A stretch of DNA of 64,000 nt from Bacteroidales bacterium (lineage in GTDB: Bacteria; Bacteroidota; Bacteroidia; Bacteroidales; M50B96): assembly GCA_021739985.1 (NCBI GenBank), contig JAIPAR010000001.1, forward strand, positions 7,781-71,780, in the 5' to 3' direction. Numbering within the stretch: the stretch's first letter is position 1; each line of letters starts with the position of its first letter. The notes beneath the pieces were generated by a model. It ran no database searches. It was not told where the DNA came from and saw only the letters and a program-made list of their open reading frames with translations. Below, piece by piece: positions 28,415 to 38,627 of the stretch. The position numbers and the translations under genes are program-made.

Positions 28415-30001
28415 TTATTCGTTTACAAATTCTTTAACGACGGATTGATAAAAAACACGAACCACATCGCCTTTGTTCAAATAGGCCAAGTCAATGTAAA
28501 CAACTTCCGTATGGGCGACTTTCACCACGGAATACTTGGATAAGTATGATTTTCCCTGCCGCTGGATGTGATAATACAAATAATTATTGCCTTCGGTAAT
28601 ACTGGCTTCTTCCACTTCGATGATAAGTTGCCCGTTTTCTGTTTTGAAATGAAAAGCATCGCTTGGCTCAGGGCCGGCAGCACCTACAAAATGTGATGCT
28701 TGCGGAATACCATATCCATGGGCATAATCGTAATAGGGATACAGATTCCCGGATTCTTCAATGGCTTTCAATAGTTGCATATTCGTCCAATCGGGATGCA
28801 TTTGTAAAACACAGGCTGCAAATCCGGTAATAAGGGGAGTTGAGAAACTCGTTCCCTGAGATTTGGTGAGAGAATCACCGGATGCAACGATAGCCAACCC
28901 ATAGGCACTTACATTAGGCTTCCGTCGGCGGTCTGCAGTTGGCCCATACGAGCTAAATCCTACATGAATACCTGTTTCCGGATGAATACCTGCAACGGAA
29001 AGAATGCTGTCGGCGTCAGCCGGAGTTCCCAGGAATTTCCAATCACCCTGCCCTTCATTTCCCATCGCATTAACAACTAACATTCCTTTACGTGCAGCCA
29101 TAGCAGCAGCTTTCGTTACTAGAGAAACCTGTCCATTCATATCCGAAATAAAATAACGGTGATGAGTATATCCCAGGGATGAATTGATAATATCTGCACC
29201 GTTTTTATCGGCCCATTCTGCAGCAGCGAGCCAATTTTCTTCCTCCGAATACGGTTCGGTACGCGCTTTCTCAGTTCTTGCCAACAGAAATTCAGCATCA
29301 ACAGCTAATCCCATCATTTCATGACTCCATACCCCGGCAATATTCGACAAAACCATGCGTCCATGGGTGCCATGCGCATACACATCTTCCGTATTCTTTA
29401 CAAAATCCCATGTTTTAAGAATTTTTCCATTCCCCCGCAAATGTTCAAATGCAGGATGATGATTAACTTCGGAGAATCCTATATCAAAAACTGCAATACG
29501 AACCCCTTTTCCGGTGATATTATTATCCAGAAACAGATTTCCTTCCATACTCATGAGCTGATTCCGCATCAAATCATCTTTTTGTCGAATTTGATATTGA
29601 AGAGGCATCTCATTCTGAATTGGCAACTCGCAGCTAATAGTTTGATTTTCATTAGGATGAATAAGGATGATTTCTTTCACAAAGGATAAAGCATACAGTG
29701 CCTGAATTTGCTGGTCAAATGCATATACAATCTGTGCATTTAGCCAGCGGGACTGAAAACCGGCAGAATCAACCATCATCCCAACGGTAGATGTATAGGA
29801 TTCCTGGAGAGGCAAATCACTTTCATCAAAGAGTGGAAGATGATTTCGCAACCGTCGCTCAATTGCTTTTCCATCGAAATACTCGTATGGATTAAACTGA
29901 ACGTCTTGTTTATCGGTATAAAAGACCCAATATTTTTGTTGAGCAAGCACACCGCCTGAAAAGAAGAATATCAGGCCGGCAATCAGAGAAAAAACACGCA
30001 T
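28415..30001 (-). CDS. secreted S8 family (subtilisin-like) serine peptidase
   Basis: Catalytic triad contexts AVFDIGF (Asp), HGTHG (His) and GTSFSTP (Ser). N-terminal signal peptide. Confidence 0.9.
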   Translation of the reverse strand: MRVFSLIAGLIFFFSGGVLAQQKYWVFYTDKQDVQFNPYEYFDGKAIERRLRNHLPLFDESDLPLQESYTSTVGMMVDSAGFQSRWLNAQIVYAFDQQIQALYALSFVKEIILIHPNENQTISCELPIQNEMPLQYQIRQKDDLMRNQLMSMEGNLFLDNNITGKGVRIAVFDIGFSEVNHHPAFEHLRGNGKILKTWDFVKNTEDVYAHGTHGRMVLSNIAGVWSHEMMGLAVDAEFLLARTEKARTEPYSEEENWLAAAEWADKNGADIINSSLGYTHHRYFISDMNGQVSLVTKAAAMAARKGMLVVNAMGNEGQGDWKFLGTPADADSILSVAGIHPETGIHVGFSSYGPTADRRRKPNVSAYGLAIVASGDSLTKSQGTSFSTPLITGFAACVLQMHPDWTNMQLLKAIEESGNLYPYYDYAHGYGIPQASHFVGAAGPEPSDAFHFKTENGQLIIEVEEASITEGNNYLYYHIQRQGKSYLSKYSVVKVAHTEVVYIDLAYLNKGDVVRVFYQSVVKEFVNE

Positions 30002-30135
30002 ATTACTAATTTAGATTAATGAGTATCTTCGGCTAATGTAAGCATTTTTAACGCACTACACATACAATAATTCATTCAAGGATTGGTTAAAGCATTATAT
30101 TTGCTACACAAATTTTAATATCTTACCTAATCAAT

Positions 30136-31014
30136 ATGAAAAGAATTTTAACAAGCCTCGTTTTTCTTAGCCTGGTTGTACTTCCAAGCATGCTTTTTTC
30201 ACAACTTAAGCAACTAAATTCAGCTGAAATCCGATTCGTTAATGAGAAAGGAGAATCTGTTTATAATCATCCTTCAACAGCTCCATTGCTTATTGAAGTC
30301 AATAATCATGACACACAGCAAAACAATCCGGATATTCGTACCCTGGTTGTTACCATTAAAAGTGAAACCGAGCCCTTAGGTGAAACGATTGAATTAGCCG
30401 AAACAACGCCCAATTCCGGTATTTACCGTGGGAAAGCAATCCTTCAAAAAGCTGCAATGCCTTTTGGGACAAATAAAAAACTCGAAGTTAATCAGGGCGA
30501 TCGGCTTACTGCCTATATTTCCTCAGGAGATAAAAGTCAAGGTATTAATCCGTCATTAAGTGTGGAATGTTGGTTTATGGGGCCAGACTGGACTTTTACA
30601 AATACAGGAATGAGTCATATTATATTAATTCCAAGTTTTGCTCAAATTACGATTGATGGAGAAAAAATACAGCCGGGTGATTTTATTTCTGTTTTTTATG
30701 AACAAAAAACGGGCAACGGAACTATCCTCGTAAATGGCGGAGGTATGGGTTACAATAGAGCCCCGGGAGGAATAAAATATACTGGAGAAACAAATGCACT
30801 TGCCATATGGGGTGTACAAGAAGGTAAAAACAATGGTTTTGCAATTGGGGAAACGCTAAAATGGAAAATCTGGCGAGCCAAAGACGGCAAGTACTTCGAT
30901 GCAGTTGCTACCTATATGTCCGGAGAAGTGGACCCAACAATAACTGACAGCGATAAATATGCAGTTGACGGAATTAGTGGAATCTTATCATTAACGGCTA
31001 AATCATCCAACTAA
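30136..31014 (+). CDS. secreted hypothetical protein; its C-terminal domain is paralogous to the N-terminus of the convergent neighbour
   Basis: Signal peptide MKRILTSLVFLSLVVLPSMLFSQ. The C-terminal block IWGVQEGKNNGFAIGETLKWKIWRAKDGKYFDAVATY matches IWGAEPNVYNGFQPGEILKWKVWRASDGSVFDAVATY in ORF 31011-32693. Confidence 0.65.
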   Translation: MKRILTSLVFLSLVVLPSMLFSQLKQLNSAEIRFVNEKGESVYNHPSTAPLLIEVNNHDTQQNNPDIRTLVVTIKSETEPLGETIELAETTPNSGIYRGKAILQKAAMPFGTNKKLEVNQGDRLTAYISSGDKSQGINPSLSVECWFMGPDWTFTNTGMSHIILIPSFAQITIDGEKIQPGDFISVFYEQKTGNGTILVNGGGMGYNRAPGGIKYTGETNALAIWGVQEGKNNGFAIGETLKWKIWRAKDGKYFDAVATYMSGEVDPTITDSDKYAVDGISGILSLTAKSSN

Positions 31015-32693
31015 AGCCGCACAATCTGTTCAAGATATTGTTTGTCTAAATAGCGAATCTGCAAATAATATATCCCGCTTTTATAGGCTTGTAAGGATAA
31101 TGTACATTCGGTTTCGCTCAGGATGAACTCCTGTATCAATTGTCCAATTTCATTATATAAGCTTAAATAGGCCTCTTCTTTTTGATAATATAAAATCAGC
31201 ACATCCGAATGGGTAAGATTTCCTTGGATTTGATAAATTAAGTTTGACGGGTTTGGATTTTCAGTTTCTTCTACAATTAGAATTTCATTCGACCCTTCAC
31301 ATTCACCCCTTGTTACGGTAACACTATAATAACCGAAAGTCATCGGATGTATGGATTGTGTTGTTTCACCGCTGGTCCATAAATAGGAATCATAACCCGG
31401 TCCAGCGTCTAATTCAACCGTATCCAGCAGCGCAGTGAGAAAGTTTTCTCCCAGATAAGGATTCGGAATAGGAACTTCAATCCCAACAATTGAATCAATC
31501 CAGTTGCATCCTGCAAAATCGGTAACGCTTACATAGTAAGTTCCCGGGAAGGTCATATAGAAATTTGGTGTTTGTAATCCATTACTCCAATGGAAATCCC
31601 GGAATCGTTGCGAAATTCGTGTATTTGTATATCCCCCTTCGCAATAAATCATTGTATCCTGAAGGACAATCTGAGGTTGCACAAAATTTCCTAAATGAAC
31701 CGAATCAACGCCCGGGCATCCTTCAGGATTTGTGACGGTTAAGTAATACCAACCTGAATCAACCGCTTCAGTGTAGTACCATTCCCCTCCATTACTCCAT
31801 GCATATGTAGGGAATTGCTCTGTACAGTAAAAAATAACCGAATCACCTCTACAAACGAGTGTATCTCGAAAAACCTCCGGTCGTGGATGGACTTTATTTA
31901 CCACCTTTTTTTTGTTATAATCATTGCTAAGATTCACATCTCCAGGCAATTCAAGCCAGATATTAAAATTGTAATCCCCATCTTCCGAACAATCAAAAGG
32001 GGTAGAAAAAGAATAATTTACGGTGCTGTGAGCAGGAATGGTTCCGGTATATTGTTCCATAATCGTATCACCATTATTCAGGCAGATGAACAAAGGAACC
32101 CCATTTACACTGACTGAATCATGATTTTCAATTACAATAGTAACAATTTCATTTTCAGATAACTGGCATTCCGATACTGGAGATAATTGTTGATTAATAC
32201 TCATATCTTTACCAGGAATACTGAAGGCAACAATAGATTCCAATTTAGAAATCCCATTATAAACAAACAAGCCGGAATCAGGAATACCCGGGGTATTTAT
32301 ATCATAAGTAGCAACGGCATCAAAAACAGAACCATCAGAAGCACGCCAAACTTTCCATTTCAGGATTTCACCGGGTTGAAACCCATTGTAAACATTGGGC
32401 TCAGCACCCCAGATAGTTGCAGCATTCACTTGACCTGTTAACATCATTCCCCCGATATCTCCTGTTTGACCTGTTCCAGTACCACAAAGGAGTGTATCAC
32501 TAAACTGAAAAAAAGCTCCAATATAATCACCCGGTTGCATTGGATTTCCATCAATCGTTAAACTAACCGTAGGAAGGACCAAAACAATATGAGTAAGCTC
32601 AACACTGGTATTAATAAAAAACCAGGGAGGAGATTGTCCTTGAACCATTGGCACGGAAAGGACAAAAATTAGGATAGTGAGCAGTTTTTTCAT
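31011..32693 (-). CDS. T9SS-sorted multidomain surface protein
   Basis: Start at ATG 32693 (MKKLLTILIFVLSVPMVQGQ). It has an N-terminal shared domain, three ~40-aa W(S/T)xG...Y.VTVT..GC repeats and a C-terminal T9SS sorting domain (...SGIYYLQIRYLDKQYLEQIVRL). Confidence 0.75.
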   Translation of the reverse strand: MKKLLTILIFVLSVPMVQGQSPPWFFINTSVELTHIVLVLPTVSLTIDGNPMQPGDYIGAFFQFSDTLLCGTGTGQTGDIGGMMLTGQVNAATIWGAEPNVYNGFQPGEILKWKVWRASDGSVFDAVATYDINTPGIPDSGLFVYNGISKLESIVAFSIPGKDMSINQQLSPVSECQLSENEIVTIVIENHDSVSVNGVPLFICLNNGDTIMEQYTGTIPAHSTVNYSFSTPFDCSEDGDYNFNIWLELPGDVNLSNDYNKKKVVNKVHPRPEVFRDTLVCRGDSVIFYCTEQFPTYAWSNGGEWYYTEAVDSGWYYLTVTNPEGCPGVDSVHLGNFVQPQIVLQDTMIYCEGGYTNTRISQRFRDFHWSNGLQTPNFYMTFPGTYYVSVTDFAGCNWIDSIVGIEVPIPNPYLGENFLTALLDTVELDAGPGYDSYLWTSGETTQSIHPMTFGYYSVTVTRGECEGSNEILIVEETENPNPSNLIYQIQGNLTHSDVLILYYQKEEAYLSLYNEIGQLIQEFILSETECTLSLQAYKSGIYYLQIRYLDKQYLEQIVRL

Positions 32694-32770
32694 GACAATA
32701 AAAATCATCCAAATGTAACAAAGAAACAATAGCTTCGTTCATCCCGAAATGTTAATGAAAAGACTGAGAC

Positions 32771-32797
32771 AAAAAAAAAGGCTGCCTGAGCAGCCTT
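32771..32797 (-). terminator. intrinsic terminator after the S46 peptidase gene
   Basis: The minus strand reads AAGGCTGC-TCAG-GCAGCCTT followed by a run of T. Confidence 0.75.
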
Positions 32798-32808
32798 CCT
32801 TTTTAGGA

Positions 32809-34959
32809 TTAATTCCTTATTTCTAATTCCTTGATGAGGTTTTGGGCATTGGCCATTTTATCCATCACGAATAAAACATACCGAATATCACAAACGATGG
32901 TACGTTGTAATTTTGGGTCAAACTGGATATCACTACTCATAGCATCGGCATTTCCATCAAAAGCAGTACCAATTAATTCTCCGTTTGCATTGATAACCGG
33001 ACTTCCTGAGTTTCCACCAGTAATATCATGATTCGTGAGGAAACAAACCGGCACTTTACCATTATCGGTGTAAGTACCAAAATCTTTGGCAGCATAAAGC
33101 TCTTTTAATTTAGCAGGAACGACAAATTCTTCATTAGTTGGATCTTCTTTTTGGATAACCCCTTCCAAATAGGTAATGAAATCGTACTTAACAGCATCAC
33201 GAGGTTCATAACCACGAACCGTACCGTAAGTTAAACGCATGGTTGAATTGGCGTCCGGATAATAAAAACGTTGGTCATTCATTTGGCGAATACCATCGAT
33301 AAAGAGTCGTTTTGCTTTTTGCAATTCTGTATCTAACTCGTTTTGAGCCATTTGCAGTTCCTGAAATTTGGCGAACAATCCAAAGATAGCTTCCATGGCA
33401 GGCTCTTTCTCTAATTGTTTTTTCGGATTAGACAGGAAATTCATGTATTTTTCTTCATTGGCAAATACTGATTTTTTAAAGACCATCTCCGCATAAGCGT
33501 TGAAATTTCCCTTAAATTTCTTTTCAACCATTTTAAAAAATTCAGGATGTAATTCAGCCGGCAAATCATCATGATACATCTGAAGCATAGCTCCTAAAAT
33601 CTCTTTATCGATGGTAGGATTGAAATCTTTGTAAAAATGGGCAGCTTCTCCTTTCAGTTCATCAATCACAGCTGTGGCATCTTTTTCAGCGGTAAGCATT
33701 CCCTTTAAAGTATTGTGTTTCAGAGCGAAAGTTAAGATTTCAGAACCCTGGAAGAAAGAAGCTTCAATGATATACCACCAGGCTTTGCTATAGCTGCTAT
33801 CTGATTTAACTTTATATGCCTTTTCAAAAGTGCTGATTACTTCGCCATACTTGGCAGAGCGATCCTCTCCTTGAGCCGACCAGTTTAAAAACTCCGTTTC
33901 CAGCGCTTTCTTTTGATCAGCAACTTTCAAACGACGCAGTGCTTTCGATTCTTCACGGTCTTTTTTCCAGAAATTTCCTAAATAGGCGTACTTCTCTGCA
34001 TATTGAATCCGAATTTTAGCATCCTGATCCATGTAGTTCTTCATAATTTCCATTTTCTTCTCCCGAAGTTTAACGGTCACAGGATTCAGCTCATCACTTT
34101 TTTGGACTACACCATAGGATGAAAGGTAACGGTCGGTTGAGCCCGGATAACCCCAAATCATAGCAAAATCATTTTCCTTAACTCCTTTTACAGAGACAGG
34201 AAGGTAATGTTTCGGTTGATAAGGAACATTTTCAGGAGAATAATCAGCCGGTTTTCCATCTTTACCCATATAAACGCGGAACATGCTAAAATCGCCGGTG
34301 TGACGTGGCCAAATCCAGTTGTCGGTATCTCCGCCAAATTTTCCAATCGAGGAAGGAGGAGCTCCAACCAGTCGAACATCACGGAAAGTCTCATACACAA
34401 AAAGATAAAACTCATTTCCTTCGAACATGTTCGCGACCTGAGCTTCGTAATGAGTTCCTTTGACTGCATCTTTTTCAAGCTTTGCGATAGCCGTTTGAAT
34501 TGCTTGTTCGCGTTCCTGCTCACTTGCAGTTGCTTTTACTTCTTTTAAAACCTGAGCAGTAACGTCCTCGATACGAACCAGGAAGGAGGCAGTTTTACCC
34601 GGATTTACAAGTTCTTCGCCAAGGCTATATGCCCAGAAACCATCGGTAAGATAGTCATGCTCTACCGAGCTGTGAGCCTGAATTTCACCATATCCACAAT
34701 GGTGGTTGGTTAACAACAAGCCTTGTGAACTGATGATTTCACCGGTACAGTTTCCACCGTCCAGCATAACAATCGCATCTTTTAAACTTGCATGATTGAT
34801 ATCGTACAACTGCTCCTGAGTAAGGCTCAGTCCTAAAGCTTTCATTTCCTGATACTTTTTACCGAGGAAATAGGGAAGCCACATACCCTCATCAGCTTTT
34901 ACATTTCCTTGAAACAGGAATAAAAAAGATAATGAAAGAATAAGTAAATTTCTTTTCAT
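32809..34959 (-). CDS. S46 family dipeptidyl-peptidase (DPP7/DPP11-like)
   Basis: Signal peptide then DEGMWLP, TNHHCGY (His), and GGNSGSPVIN (Ser) near the C-terminus. Confidence 0.92.
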   Translation of the reverse strand: MKRNLLILSLSFLFLFQGNVKADEGMWLPYFLGKKYQEMKALGLSLTQEQLYDINHASLKDAIVMLDGGNCTGEIISSQGLLLTNHHCGYGEIQAHSSVEHDYLTDGFWAYSLGEELVNPGKTASFLVRIEDVTAQVLKEVKATASEQEREQAIQTAIAKLEKDAVKGTHYEAQVANMFEGNEFYLFVYETFRDVRLVGAPPSSIGKFGGDTDNWIWPRHTGDFSMFRVYMGKDGKPADYSPENVPYQPKHYLPVSVKGVKENDFAMIWGYPGSTDRYLSSYGVVQKSDELNPVTVKLREKKMEIMKNYMDQDAKIRIQYAEKYAYLGNFWKKDREESKALRRLKVADQKKALETEFLNWSAQGEDRSAKYGEVISTFEKAYKVKSDSSYSKAWWYIIEASFFQGSEILTFALKHNTLKGMLTAEKDATAVIDELKGEAAHFYKDFNPTIDKEILGAMLQMYHDDLPAELHPEFFKMVEKKFKGNFNAYAEMVFKKSVFANEEKYMNFLSNPKKQLEKEPAMEAIFGLFAKFQELQMAQNELDTELQKAKRLFIDGIRQMNDQRFYYPDANSTMRLTYGTVRGYEPRDAVKYDFITYLEGVIQKEDPTNEEFVVPAKLKELYAAKDFGTYTDNGKVPVCFLTNHDITGGNSGSPVINANGELIGTAFDGNADAMSSDIQFDPKLQRTIVCDIRYVLFVMDKMANAQNLIKELEIRN

Positions 34960-35053
34960 TGGATTTTTAGGTTATTGGATTTTAGGTTAAATACATGCGC
35001 TGAGACTAATTGACTTGCCAAAAAGTTACAAGCGACCAAAAAAAATATTAAAT

Positions 35054-36223
35054 TTAAGAACGAGCTCTACGACGATTTTTTTCAAGACTTAACAAACGTA
35101 ATTCTCGTCCTGTTTGACCGGCCACAGAAGTATTCTCTTCTGCTCTCCGGAACAAATAGGGCATCACGTGCTTCACGGGTCCATATGGAACATATTTAGC
35201 GACATTGTATCCGGCATTTGCCAGGTTAAAGCTAATATGGTCGCTCATTCCATAAAGTTGAGCAAAAAAGATTCGGGAATCATTTGCAGCGATACCGTTT
35301 ACTTGCATCAATTCAGCCAGATAAGCGCTACTGAATTCATTATGAGTTCCATTAAAAATAGAAATCCGGTCGAGATGTTCCATACAAAATTTAAGTCCGA
35401 GATTATAATCCCGGTCGGTGCTTTCTTTATCCGGTTGGATTGGCGATGGATAGCCCTTTTCGAGGGCGCGTTCTCTTTCTTTTTCCATATAGGCGCCGCG
35501 AACAAATTTTATTCCCAGAAAATAGCCTCCCTTTACGGCTTTCTCATAGCTTTTTGCCAGAAAATCAAGCCTGTCATGACGATACATCTGAAGCGTATTA
35601 TAGACAATAGCTTTATCTTTGTTGTAAAGCTCCATCATGCTCTCAACCACTTCATCAATAAAATTCTGATACCAGCTATCTTCTGCATCAATCAAAATAG
35701 GGACTCCGGCTTTATAGGCGGCCTCACATAACTGATTCACACGGCTTCTAAATTGGTTTGCTTCACTTTCTTCGCTCAGCGACAGCGCTTGCCCGGCGCT
35801 CACTTTTTCGAGGACTACCGAAGTGGTAAAGGCTGTTGGTTTAAAGACAGCAAAAGGGATATTTGCATCTTTCCCGGCATTTTCAATGGATCTTAATGTT
35901 TCTGAAAGGGCATGCCGTATATCTTCCTGAGATTCTTTTCCCTCTACGCTATAATCTAGAATCGCTTTTACTTTAAATTTCTCCAGATTGCGAACAGCTT
36001 TCTGGCAGTCATGGATACTTTCACCGCCAACAAAGTGACCATAAACGGTTGGTTTAACAAGCCATTTTATGGGGACACCCAGTTTAAGTGACCAACCAAG
36101 TGCCTTATTCATAACTTTTACCAGCTTACTAAACGAAATAAGCTTAAAAAGAAAATAGGCCTTGAACAACTGTGTATTAGACTTACTTTGGAAAGCAATC
36201 TGCGTATTCTCGAATAAAATCAT
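35054..36223 (-). CDS. proline dehydrogenase (monofunctional PRODH)
   Basis: Start at ATG 36223 (MILFENTQIAFQSKSN...). Motifs VYGHFVGGE, ILDYSVEG, LIDAEDSW and AQLYGMSD. Confidence 0.88.
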   Translation of the reverse strand: MILFENTQIAFQSKSNTQLFKAYFLFKLISFSKLVKVMNKALGWSLKLGVPIKWLVKPTVYGHFVGGESIHDCQKAVRNLEKFKVKAILDYSVEGKESQEDIRHALSETLRSIENAGKDANIPFAVFKPTAFTTSVVLEKVSAGQALSLSEESEANQFRSRVNQLCEAAYKAGVPILIDAEDSWYQNFIDEVVESMMELYNKDKAIVYNTLQMYRHDRLDFLAKSYEKAVKGGYFLGIKFVRGAYMEKERERALEKGYPSPIQPDKESTDRDYNLGLKFCMEHLDRISIFNGTHNEFSSAYLAELMQVNGIAANDSRIFFAQLYGMSDHISFNLANAGYNVAKYVPYGPVKHVMPYLFRRAEENTSVAGQTGRELRLLSLEKNRRRARS

Positions 36224-36349
36224 AAAAAAAAATTTGTGCAAATATAAAATCCAAATAACAACTTCATTAAAAATATTTGATGAGTTGTTGTAAAGAATAA
36301 ATTATTTGTTGTATTGGTGAATATTCTTTATAAATTTGCACAAATTCAA

Positions 36350-37291
36350 ATGAATTATAAAGATATGACACTCAAAAAATTTGTTTTAGTTTCACTGACC
36401 ATTTTGCTGGCAGTTCCTTTCATTTCTTCCTGCAAAAGAGGCGCAAATGATCCGTCCTTTTCGATCACTTCACGAACTGCCCGTCTTTCTGCGGTATGGA
36501 CTTTATCCAGTGGATATTATGATTATCTAAATCAGGAAAATGAAGAATTTAACTGGGTGGATGATGATTGCGAAGATGGTATTGGAATGATTGAAGAATA
36601 TCAGGAATCGGATGTTAAAACGATTTCCTATAATTTCTCCAATTCACTGTCTCATTTCAAACATCAGTTTACAACCACCCGCGACCAGTTTGTGGATGGC
36701 TCTATGATGGTGGATGGCAAAGAATACGAAGATGCTTTAACCATTGAACGTGACATTAATTTTGATTACGAATTAACAATTCGTACGAATGGAACCTACC
36801 GGGTATATATCACCTATAATCTATATGAAGATGATTATTTGCTAGAAGCTCTGGATGAAAGCTCAGCTCCTCAATATGGTAAAACCTTCTCAGGCACCTA
36901 CGAATATGAAGATGAATGGCATTGGACAGACAATAGCCTTGGTTCAAAAGAAGGCGTTCAATTTGATGGATTCCCATTCCTGTCCATGAATGAGAATAAT
37001 ATTGGTCGAATCTATGATATCAATGGTTCTTTCAAATTAAATTACATGACCGGGGTTGAATTTATCAACCAGGCTGTTATATTTGAACTGGATAAACTGG
37101 AAAGCAAAGCCTTAACTTTAATGAGTAATGCCTCTTTTGAAGGTTACTTTGCTGAAGTTGATGAAGAATTTGAGGTAAATGTTGCCGGTCAAGGATATAT
37201 TACCTGTCAAGGTACCTATACCTTCAGAAACATAGAAAACACGAAATTCTTCCTGCAATTCATTTCAGATGGAAAATCGGTTGCTGAATAA
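36350..37291 (+). CDS. hypothetical acidic lipoprotein
   Basis: Lipobox AVPFISSCKRG. The start is ATG 36350 or 36365. A clear terminator follows. Confidence 0.6.
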   Translation: MNYKDMTLKKFVLVSLTILLAVPFISSCKRGANDPSFSITSRTARLSAVWTLSSGYYDYLNQENEEFNWVDDDCEDGIGMIEEYQESDVKTISYNFSNSLSHFKHQFTTTRDQFVDGSMMVDGKEYEDALTIERDINFDYELTIRTNGTYRVYITYNLYEDDYLLEALDESSAPQYGKTFSGTYEYEDEWHWTDNSLGSKEGVQFDGFPFLSMNENNIGRIYDINGSFKLNYMTGVEFINQAVIFELDKLESKALTLMSNASFEGYFAEVDEEFEVNVAGQGYITCQGTYTFRNIENTKFFLQFISDGKSVAE

Positions 37292-37314
37292 GACTATCAC
37301 TTTAAATTAATATA

Positions 37315-37341
37315 AAGCCTCGGGTTCGAGGCTTTTTTTTT
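37315..37341 (+). terminator. intrinsic terminator
   Basis: AAGCCTCG-GGTT-CGAGGCTT followed by a T run. Confidence 0.8.
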
Positions 37342-37453
37342 CACTTTTTTCCTATTTTTGCATCAAGTGAAAAGAATTAAAACCTACAGAGAATGAAGCT
37401 TTTCCCCTGCTGATTTACGCTAAAATATATCAATATTAACTATACTAAAGATT

Positions 37454-38443
37454 ATGAAAAAAACTTTATCCCTTATCACGCTGGTCATTGCACTTTTAAG
37501 CTTAAATGCTCAGGATTGCATGTATCCTTTCATTTCTGAATACGTTGAAGGAACTGGCAACAGCAAAGGCGTTGAAATTTACAACCCAACAGCCTCCCCA
37601 ATCGACCTAAGCAACTACCTAATTGTTCGTTACTCCAATGGGGGAACCAGCCCGTCGATTGGGTATAAAACCACGCTGGTTGATACATTGCAACCATACT
37701 CAGCTTTCGTATTAGTCAATGGTCAAACTGTTACAACCGAAGAATCTCCGGCATGTGACCCTGCTATGCAATTATTGGCCGACCAACTGGACGGTGAATA
37801 TCCTGCTCCAATGTATATGAATGGAAATGATGCAATTACTTTAGAAAGTCAGGACGGAATCATCTGGGATATTTTTGGTAAAGTAGGCGAAGACCCCGGA
37901 ACCGGCTGGTGTGATATCGACAGCCTTAACTATGTAACCGGAACTACCTATTGGTGGCTGGCTTGGACCAAAGACCATACCCTCAGAAGAAAACCAACTG
38001 TAAAACATGGTGTATTTCAAAATCCAGGTAGTGTAGGAGCGCCGGAATATTTTATGGTTCAGGTAGAATGGGATACGGTTCCCGGTTATTGGAGCGAAGC
38101 AGATACCGCATGGATTAGCGCTAATATTTGGGATGGTCTTGGAACTCATGAATGTGAATGTGATCCAAGTTATAACAGCATTCCATCTTTCCAGACACGT
38201 GAAAATAGCCTTTTCCTCTATCCAAATCCAGTTCCCGGTGAAGAAGTACTTGTAAAAGGAACCGCTATCATCAACCAAGTTGAATTAATTAATGCCATTG
38301 GGCAAGTTGTTATATCTGTGCAAAATCCGGTTCAACGCGGTGACATCACTCTTAGATTTGCCGATGATTTATCTGGTATTTATTTCGTCAGAGTTCGTTT
38401 TGCAGATGGTACTCAAGCCACTCAAAAATTGATGATTCAATAA
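37454..38443 (+). CDS. lamin-tail-domain (LTD) protein with T9SS C-terminal sorting domain and no recognisable catalytic domain
   Basis: Signal peptide. FISEYVEGTGNSKGVEIYNPTASPIDLSNY is the LTD signature seen at the N-termini of ExeM/NucH-type nucleases. The C-terminus FLYPNPV...LSGIYFVRVRF...KLMIQ is a T9SS tail. Confidence 0.78.
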   Translation: MKKTLSLITLVIALLSLNAQDCMYPFISEYVEGTGNSKGVEIYNPTASPIDLSNYLIVRYSNGGTSPSIGYKTTLVDTLQPYSAFVLVNGQTVTTEESPACDPAMQLLADQLDGEYPAPMYMNGNDAITLESQDGIIWDIFGKVGEDPGTGWCDIDSLNYVTGTTYWWLAWTKDHTLRRKPTVKHGVFQNPGSVGAPEYFMVQVEWDTVPGYWSEADTAWISANIWDGLGTHECECDPSYNSIPSFQTRENSLFLYPNPVPGEEVLVKGTAIINQVELINAIGQVVISVQNPVQRGDITLRFADDLSGIYFVRVRFADGTQATQKLMIQ

Positions 38444-38464
38444 TCCATTAAACCATTAACAGAG

Positions 38465-38500
38465 CAGGTATTTATCAGTGATAAATACCTGTTTTCTTCT
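38465..38500 (+). terminator. strong intrinsic terminator after the LTD gene
   Basis: Perfect 12-bp stem CAGGTATTTATC / GATAAATACCTG with a 3-nt loop, followed by TTTTCTTCT. Confidence 0.8.
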
Positions 38501-38627
38501 ATAAGCTACTGATATTCATTATTATCAGTGGCCTTTTATCCCAAATAAAATCACCTTTTTTTCTTTTCTCCTATACGATTATTTTGACTTAACTTTCAGG
38601 CATGACCAACAAACAAATCATACGCGT

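Noticed and set aside
35114-35731. 205-aa plus-strand ORF antisense to proline dehydrogenase
   Set aside because: It is a shadow ORF inside a gene with clear PRODH motifs. It has no signal, motif or plausible start context.
38501-38627. Possible cobalamin or other riboswitch upstream of the TonB-dependent receptor
   Set aside because: Only about 130 nt is available, which is too short for a cobalamin aptamer plus expression platform. The single GCCACTG-like string is on the wrong strand, and I saw no other conserved riboswitch core elements.
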